DNA of 64,000 nucleotides, taken from assembly GCA_002633005.1 (NCBI GenBank), contig NMRA01000190.1, forward strand, positions 248,001 to 312,000, given 5' to 3'. Positions 60,601 to 64,000 of this stretch are shown here, one piece after another (position 1 is the stretch's first letter; each line of letters begins with the position of its first letter). This DNA is from Phoronis australis. Lineage: Eukaryota > Animalia > Phoronida. Position numbers and translations under genes: made by a program. A model generated the notes under the pieces. It ran no database searches, had not been told where the DNA came from, and saw nothing but the letters and a program-made list of their open reading frames with translations.

Positions 60601-62971
60601 TGGAACATTCGCCTATGCTCGCTATAGAAGTATGTTTCTGCAAAGGGTAATATAGTATAAGTAAATGGAACACCACTGTGTGCGTTTCATCCGCGGAGAT
60701 TGTTCGTAGAAATTAGTGAACTAGGGATTGTCACGGTGGCAACTGATAATTTCAGTCTGGTTAGAGTGATGCTTTTAACATACTGCAGGAAGTACAACGT
60801 TAACATGGTAACGTTCAGTGTGGGCTTTAAGCAGTAGGAAAAGACACTCGTACTATTAATGCAAAATTCATCAGTTTTGTTTAGAATAACTTTCAGAATT
60901 CTGAAGATACTAATCAATGCTTTTTTAGAACATTAGTCACTCAGTGCACGCACTTATTCGTCGGACACTTCCGATAAAATAAAAGGTCTCATTTTTCATT
61001 TTTCACTTCGTTGTTGGAAAAATAATTACCTGCATTGATGCTGCAAATATAGTGAGGCACCAGGTCCTATTTAAGCAGAATTTGTTAAATTCTCTACATT
61101 GCTGCTGATTGGCTTCCTTCGTCACTAAGAAGAACTTTTAGTAGCTTTTTAAGTAATAATCGCAGACGAATAATTTTTTATTATTTTTGAAATCCTTGAT
61201 AGTCGCAAAATGTTAGCAGTTGCACAAAAATAAAGTCCAGGGCCCGGGTTCCAATATTTTTACTCGAAAGGAACTCGAAATTATTTTGGCATTTTCTACC
61301 CTACTTTTGTGCGAATTTGGGGTAAGTGTCTATTATTATATGCTCGAGTACAAAATGACTTACGTGGATGATTTTCTAGTCCTAATTTGCGTTTGATAAA
61401 TCCAACGTTAAAGTTAAAACTTCGAATTTGAACTCGAAATTTCGAGTTTTTACTCGAGTTTGTAACACAAATACGATAAGTGTCATCAAGTGCAAACTTG
61501 GACAAAAAACTCATAATTATGCGTAAACTCTAATGCATTGCAGCACAGTCTAATAACCACTTAGGCCTATCTTGAGTTCGCACAAAAGTAGCAGAGAAAT
61601 TGCCAAAAAATAATTTCGAGTTCGTTTCGAATACAAAGATTAGATTCTGAGCCAAGATTTTTACCATGTGACTACTTTTTGTCTGTGACTGCGCTTTTTT
61701 ATAAAAAAATTGATGTTCATAACGATGGCCGTAATTTCTACAAAAGTGAACTTTATGCCTGACTTTTGCCAATTCCTTAGTCTATTAACTACAAAACTGG
61801 GTCTGGGAGATGTCTTAAAGGCCTTTTAGTTCGCGAAAAACACTCTTATCAACATTTCTTGAAAGTGTTGACTTTTTACAGCGAATCAGGCGCTAAAAAG
61901 GCGTAAAAATTTTGGGACACGCTTTTGTAACGAATAGAAACTGAATTTGCACAAACAAGTGATAACGAGCAGTTGAGCATTGCTATGATGCAAAGATAAG
62001 ACTCTGTGAACGTTAAGAATTTTAACAATAGAAAGTTTTACATGTCTACTGCTAATGCTAAGAAATTCTTTAAGAAATTCGGCCCTTAATAACGACGATC
62101 CTATTTCCTTAAAGGGACATTAACGGTATTACGACCGAAAAATGTTGGATGGGATAAACTTCTAGAAATTAATAGTCTTCGCCAAAGGTATAAACCAACA
62201 AAATCTGTTGTGTTTTTGTGGTTTCATTACAAATGTTCAAGGCTCGCCGCTACCTGGCAGACATTCAGGCTGGATTCTTCATGTTTGTGTTTACGTTTAT
62301 TGCAGCTGTCTCTTTCCATATATTTATGTGCATTTGAAGCCAAAAGCAATAATATTAATTACAGGGATTATCATTATCTGTAGATAAGCCCACCCGTTGA
62401 AACGCCCATGCGGCCGAATAAACACCCATAGACGTTAGTTTGGTGCTACAACTTCTGGTGTCAAGTGTCCAGATAGTGGGGTTGTTTATTCGGAAAAATT
62501 CCTCTTAAAAGCCCACTCATCGTCAACTTCTTGTCACAAATTTAGTTTTGTGGAGCATCTAACATTAATAAAAACGAACAGGATGTTGGCGAACAATGCA
62601 TTTATCAACATAAAATGTAAAAACAGTTTTAAGTAAAAAATGTTAGTCAGCAAAACTATGACTTTCCGTTTAGATGCCCCCTTTTTTCGAATAAACGCCC
62701 GGGCGTTTATTTGGTGTTACTAAAGAGCCTGAAATTTTTCGTTTTCCGAATAGTCTCGTCTACGGAAAATTCCGGTAGGTGCAAGCGTAAATAAGTGACA
62801 ATCATACTGAGAGGAAATAAAAAATCCAGTAGTAAATTAGAAATATAGTCTTAGTTTCAACTAGGAAGACTTACAGGTCCTTTCATTATGCGAAACATCT
62901 TTATTTCCTTATCAGTTTGAATACCCAGTCGGATTAGAACAGATCCAGTGACGTTCTTGCCGTACACGTAC
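19874..62971 (-). CDS. Complement C3/C4/C5-family thioester-protein homolog, thioester-less, with two C345C domains (gene span; 5' end beyond window)
   Basis: 28 GT-AG exons with consistent phases (one gap in MG8) in the canonical order MG3-MG6, LNK, RKKR, ANA, MG6b/MG7, CUB, TED, CUB, MG8, anchor, C345C x2. Confidence 0.93.
20832..20957. repeat. Minisatellite 3 x 41 bp
   Basis: aaatgattatattgtaactatgtctgtgtacagactattct repeated. Confidence 0.95.
21763..21913 (-). CDS. C345C domain 2, exon c (...SVLHLWLWRHCTCPC...VNKTYLVTG...KDSDGSDR)
   Basis: 151 nt; shares SVLH and VNKTYLVTG with 24766-24916. Confidence 0.9.
22202..22285 (-). CDS. C345C domain 2, exon b (AFKVEIVNITTGNGYHVAEGRLKLMLKRG)
   Basis: 84 nt; shares NIT...Y.VAEGRL...LK.G with 25839-25922. 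Confidence 0.9.
22607..22729 (-). CDS. C345C domain 2, exon a (QCPNCFTIDKEKKC...LLKFVCDVADT)
   Basis: tAG/GTaagt, phase 1-1; CP...C...C...CD.A pattern shared with 27181-27297. Confidence 0.85.
22862..23410. mobile_element. Dispersed MITE-like repeat; inverted second copy at ~38330-38840
   Basis: Both copies share the palindrome aaactctgtggt(a/t)accacagagttt and gcatgtgcgcatttatcataagtgg. Confidence 0.75.
24207..24298 (-). CDS. C345C domain 1, exon d (AVFAVTNENHVVEWPAMQSRKSKVTCSTRS)
   Basis: ttttAG/GTaaca, phase 2-1; EWP motif. Confidence 0.82.
24359..24642. repeat. (ATA/ATG)n trinucleotide microsatellite
   Basis: Visible; source of the poly-I and poly-L ORFs. Confidence 0.97.
24766..24916 (-). 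CDS. C345C domain 1, exon c (...SSC...VNKTYLVTGPDG...DADGLER)
   Basis: 151 nt, phase 1-2; K.YL..G motif of NTR/C345C. Confidence 0.9.
25839..25922 (-). CDS. C345C domain 1, exon b (AYVVQIINITARASYDVAEGRLVSTLKHG)
   Basis: 84 nt, phase 1-1; C345C beta-strand pattern ending K.G. Confidence 0.88.
26320..26465 (+). mobile_element. Penelope-like retroelement 3' fragment
   Basis: MNREDGGYKLYKIWNSL* resembles the PLE GIY-YIG C-terminus, followed by a decayed ...ggct...agccgaaac hammerhead-like hairpin. Confidence 0.55.
27181..27297 (-). CDS. C345C domain 1, exon a (KCPHFCKLTKRTEC...LHICDMAEV)
   Basis: cAG/GTaagt, phase 1-1; homologous to exon 22607-22729. Confidence 0.85.
27450..29115 (+). repeat. 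Internally repetitive interspersed repeat ending in (GGAC)n
   Basis: Recurrent ccactaggaggcgcca-type units; (GGAC)n at ~29062-29115; related sequence at 63970-64000. Confidence 0.65.
29496..29591 (-). CDS. C3-like MG8 end/anchor exon (DNKCITFYHPRRGSELLKFICDKPSKQCLCLE)
   Basis: C..FYHP....L...C....C.C anchor motif; phase 1-1. Confidence 0.93.
29913..30018 (-). CDS. C3-like MG8 exon (ITHKSPVSLEFHISQIQKIGNTQPVAVKVKEEKNP)
   Basis: F...Q...G..QP.AVKV motif; phase 0-1. Confidence 0.9.
33633..34155. mobile_element. hAT-type MITE with 8-bp TSD gctactag
   Basis: TSD at 33625-33632 and 34156-34163; imperfect TIR catcgttcga / tcgaacacta; subterminal gctggccc / gggccagc. Confidence 0.75.
35448..35549 (-). 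CDS. C3-like MG8 insert exon with RPKR site (GVAKCGKTSSELGSSRPKRSSRSLYTFKLTVDI)
   Basis: tAG/GTaaga, phase 2-2; furin consensus RPKR at 35492-35503. Confidence 0.8.
36029..36195 (-). CDS. C3-like exon, CUB end/MG8 start (STQGVGVGQMSVNLKYN...CRFNTSV)
   Basis: G.G.G..SV...YN and C.F...V motifs; phase 0-2. Confidence 0.9.
36773..36934 (-). CDS. C3-like exon, TED end/CUB (DTVVALQALAEY...FHITKENAVVL)
   Basis: DTVVALQALAEY motif; phase 0-0. Confidence 0.96.
37414..37592 (-). CDS. C3-like TED exon (RWWS...IEMTSYALLT...KPIVRWLN...FISAK)
   Basis: E.TSYALL and PIVRWL motifs; phase 1-0. Confidence 0.95.
39352..39589 (-). CDS. C3-like TED exon (LALTALVAVSIAE...AMSYLE...AVVAYALKL)
   Basis: LTA.V...E, A..YLE and AYAL motifs; phase 0-1. 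Confidence 0.9.
39899..40058 (-). CDS. C3-like TED exon (WLTAVAHKVLALS...ICDAILWLLSKQRKDGSFSEDGKLSNSTEN)
   Basis: WLTA, WL...Q..DGSF.E motifs; phase 2-0. Confidence 0.93.
40090..40522. mobile_element. ~430 bp foldback (hairpin) element flanked by aataa direct repeats
   Basis: caaggtacctaaagtaca... / ...tgtactttaggtaccttg with ~200 bp complementary arms. Confidence 0.85.
40511..42064. repeat. Near-identical ~775 bp direct duplication joined by a single N (41283)
   Basis: Two copies differing by small indels and SNPs. Confidence 0.9.
43310..43385 (-). CDS. C3-like TED exon (GYNDILKFRNEDGSFSVFEGNPGNVW)
   Basis: GY...L.FR..DGSFS.F motif; tAG/GTgagt, phase 1-2. Confidence 0.93.
43519..45374 (+). 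mobile_element. pogo/Tigger-like (Tc1/mariner) transposon, internally deleted, with pseudogenised transposase
   Basis: TA flanks; TIR ggaaagtcaccggttccgtacca / tggtacgaaaccagtaactttcc; frameshifted HTH_psq + CENP-B-type HTH (FGITPKDL...AYQLA...W..SFMRRHPDLSL) and basic/PHD-like tail; no DDE domain seen. Confidence 0.8.
45706..45894 (-). CDS. C3-like exon, TED start with degenerate thioester site (LQHLPSDNGLQVITKLASTTYATLYLKKTG)
   Basis: Aligns to L...PSGCGEQNM....P...A..YL..T; phase 1-1. Confidence 0.9.
46375..46576 (-). CDS. C3-like exon, CUB N-terminal part (PEGEPVVDTYNIILDPNG...AVPDSVHSTVSVIG)
   Basis: PEG...LDP.G and VPDS motifs; phase 0-1. Confidence 0.92.
46979..47194 (-). CDS. C3-like exon, MG7 (...FPIAPLEIGEHAIEVIA...DRVLKWLNVI)
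   Basis: FPI.PL..G...I.V.A and D.V...L.V motifs; 216 nt. Confidence 0.92.
47479..47707 (-). CDS. C3-like exon, MG6b/MG7 (APDSITTWSVQAIGV...LCVAKP...FFIQLSLPFSIIRQEQVELKVTLFNY)
   Basis: PDSITTW and LP.S..R.EQ motifs; absent from the ORF track; phase 2-0. Confidence 0.96.
49240..49712 (-). CDS. C3-like exon: LNK, RKKR furin site, anaphylatoxin domain, alpha'-NT (...TRHNFDEVWIF)
   Basis: RKKR at 49611-49622; CC..G...C...C...CC at 49443-49553; R..F.E.W motif; phase 0-2. Confidence 0.93.
49950..50472 (+). pseudogene. Non-LTR retrotransposon reverse-transcriptase fragment (RTE-X/L2-like)
   Basis: DLNKPI.ENEV...NKATGIDGV and STIDQIFTL...FVDFKKTFGSV...QSMY, with in-frame stops. Confidence 0.8.
50879..51280. 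mobile_element. PIF/Harbinger-type foldback MITE, TSD CTG
   Basis: TIR ggcccggt.tc.aatcttt / aaagattggagaccgggcc; ctg on both sides. Confidence 0.85.
52221..52358. mobile_element. Short hAT-like MITE
   Basis: gcggatcca...tggatccgc termini. Confidence 0.5.
52750..53642 (-). mobile_element. Decayed THAP-domain DNA transposon (Kolobok-like)
   Basis: Frameshifted MPHGCCLPRC..YRFPKDDTLRRIW...YRVCGKH THAP motif, then KFIVDLTKVLELFKRC; 5' end TTAA|AGG. Confidence 0.6.
54439..54663 (-). CDS. C3-like exon, MG6/LNK (...RVALLAVDQAVHLL...FDTGCGSTGGNSSDMAFW)
   Basis: V.L.AVD.AV and D.GC...GG motifs; the latter is typical of C3/C4/C5. Confidence 0.95.
55374..55631 (-). CDS. C3-like exon, MG5 (IGSDVQVDILF...MSPGFRLLVFYVYENEVVADSIFIDVIDGCENE)
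   Basis: M.P.FRLLV.Y...EVVADS...DV...C motif; phase 0-0. Confidence 0.95.
58189..58290 (-). CDS. C3-like exon, MG4/MG5 (VRLKHGISEVFVSREFSPSGSYVMASIKQEEPVS)
   Basis: cAG/GTaagt, 102 nt; SPSGSY motif. Confidence 0.85.
59064..59246 (-). CDS. C3-like exon, MG4 (IDITKVNGKPATGIDV...TDQRGRIEAGIKPMADTSLIQLT)
   Basis: ccAG/GTgaga, 183 nt open; resembles the MG4 V.VT..DG.PA..V.V pattern. Confidence 0.85.
59675..59911 (-). CDS. C3-like exon, MG3/MG4 (...LFVEATVTETKSG...PYNVNMSRSRSFFKPGLPYTAK)
   Basis: FKPGLPY motif; 237 nt, phase 0-0. Confidence 0.93.
61241..61653. mobile_element. Second copy of the Harbinger-type MITE at 50879-51280
   Basis: Shared tactcgaaa.gaactcgaaa.tatttt arms; cag/aag flanks. 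Confidence 0.8.
62875..62971 (-). CDS. C3-like exon, MG3 (RYVYGKNVTGSVLIRLGIQTDKEIKMFRIMKGP)
   Basis: Y.YGK.V.G motif; tAG/GTaagt, phase 2-0. Confidence 0.9.
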
Positions 62972-64000
62972 CTACACCAAACAATGACAATGTGCTAGGT
63001 TCAAAAAACCAGTCTCTGAACTTGAACGCCAACTTTTTTGACATATTATGCCGAATTTTGTTAGTATGAACACAAGACTTTGTGCCCAGATAACGGTTTA
63101 CTTAGATGAGCACATGATCTTGAGTTAGCGCTTTCTGACCGCTGAATTTTGAGCCGAGATTACGAGTTCAAGCCTGAATTTATACCTTTCATGTAATGAA
63201 CATCACGTGCGAACTTAAATTGTGTTATCATCTGCCAAACCCTTATGTCTCAGACTGGGCACAAACTCAAAACATCACATACTTTGAATTCATAGTGAAA
63301 TAGATGATAAAATGTCAAAGATAAGTTGGAGCTCAAAATTAATAGTGGATAAAAAGCTCTTGACGTAGATACAGCACACGCAGACATCACGCAACTATAT
63401 CAACGTGATCTTACGAGGATAGACAGATAGATACATGCTACAGAAAAGCGATTGATGCACTCATTCCATGTGAACATTGCTCAGCGCCCCGATTCTCTGA
63501 ATTCACCGACTACCAAACACGGTCGCGTGGTCACAAAACAGATTACGCACCCAAAAAATTCGTGTTCGGAGTCATAAATGCGGACCACTGTCCGCCTGAC
63601 ATGGTACACACATAGTAAGGAGAGTATTGCTGTGGTCGTGTACGACCTTCAAGTATCTGATTACCAATATACAAGCACCCTACTCTTTGTATACCTGGAT
63701 GTTCTATTCATACAAGGGGACACAGAGTTCTTTCACATACCAGAATCAACAAGAACAACGCAGAGCTTTGAAATGCGCTCACGCCAGCAACGCAATCAGT
63801 GTGCTTCTAGGGGTGTCGAAAATGAACACTGGGTGGCGAAGAATGTGTCAAATCCACCCCAAAATGGATAGATATTATCGCCATCATAACAGAAACTTGT
63901 TTGCCACATTTCAATAAAAACTTTCAAAGAGCTCTGAAGATGCAAATGCAAACGTACATGTAAAAAGTTATTGCCACCAGGGGGCACAGTGGTAATCAGA

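Noticed and set aside
19874-62971. Calling the gene A2M/CD109 or a true C5 ortholog
   Set aside because: ANA and C345C domains exclude A2M/CD109; orthology to vertebrate C5 is unsupported without a phylogeny, and the motif replacement and gamma-type site differ

Overview
Eukaryotic, intron-rich, AT-rich animal DNA, probably a heterozygous marine invertebrate draft assembly (inferred from gene content and repeat types; the species cannot be determined from the sequence). The supplied ORF track is mostly noise. Reading splice sites and phases directly gives two convergent (tail-to-tail) genes. (1) The 3' part of TTC17 on the + strand: 7 exons from 754 to a stop at 14671, with a likely 3'UTR to ~16930. 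(2) On the - strand, 28 recoverable exons (62971 down to a stop at 19874) of a complement C3/C4/C5-family protein whose 5' end lies beyond the window. The second gene is the notable object. It keeps the MG domains, an RKKR beta/alpha furin site, a 6-Cys anaphylatoxin domain, CUB/TED and an RPKR alpha/gamma-type site. However, the thioester motif GCGEQ has become DNGLQ, the catalytic His position is Asn, the MG8 tyrosines that shield the thioester are gone, and the protein ends in two tandem C345C/NTR domains built from a duplicated 4-exon cassette. One MG8 segment could not be found and may sit in an assembly gap. Introns carry pogo-like, Kolobok/THAP-like, hAT and Harbinger-type DNA-transposon relics, LINE and Penelope-like fragments (one with a minimal hammerhead ribozyme core) and micro/minisatellites. 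Several 'tandem duplications' joined by single N bases are most likely uncollapsed haplotypes.
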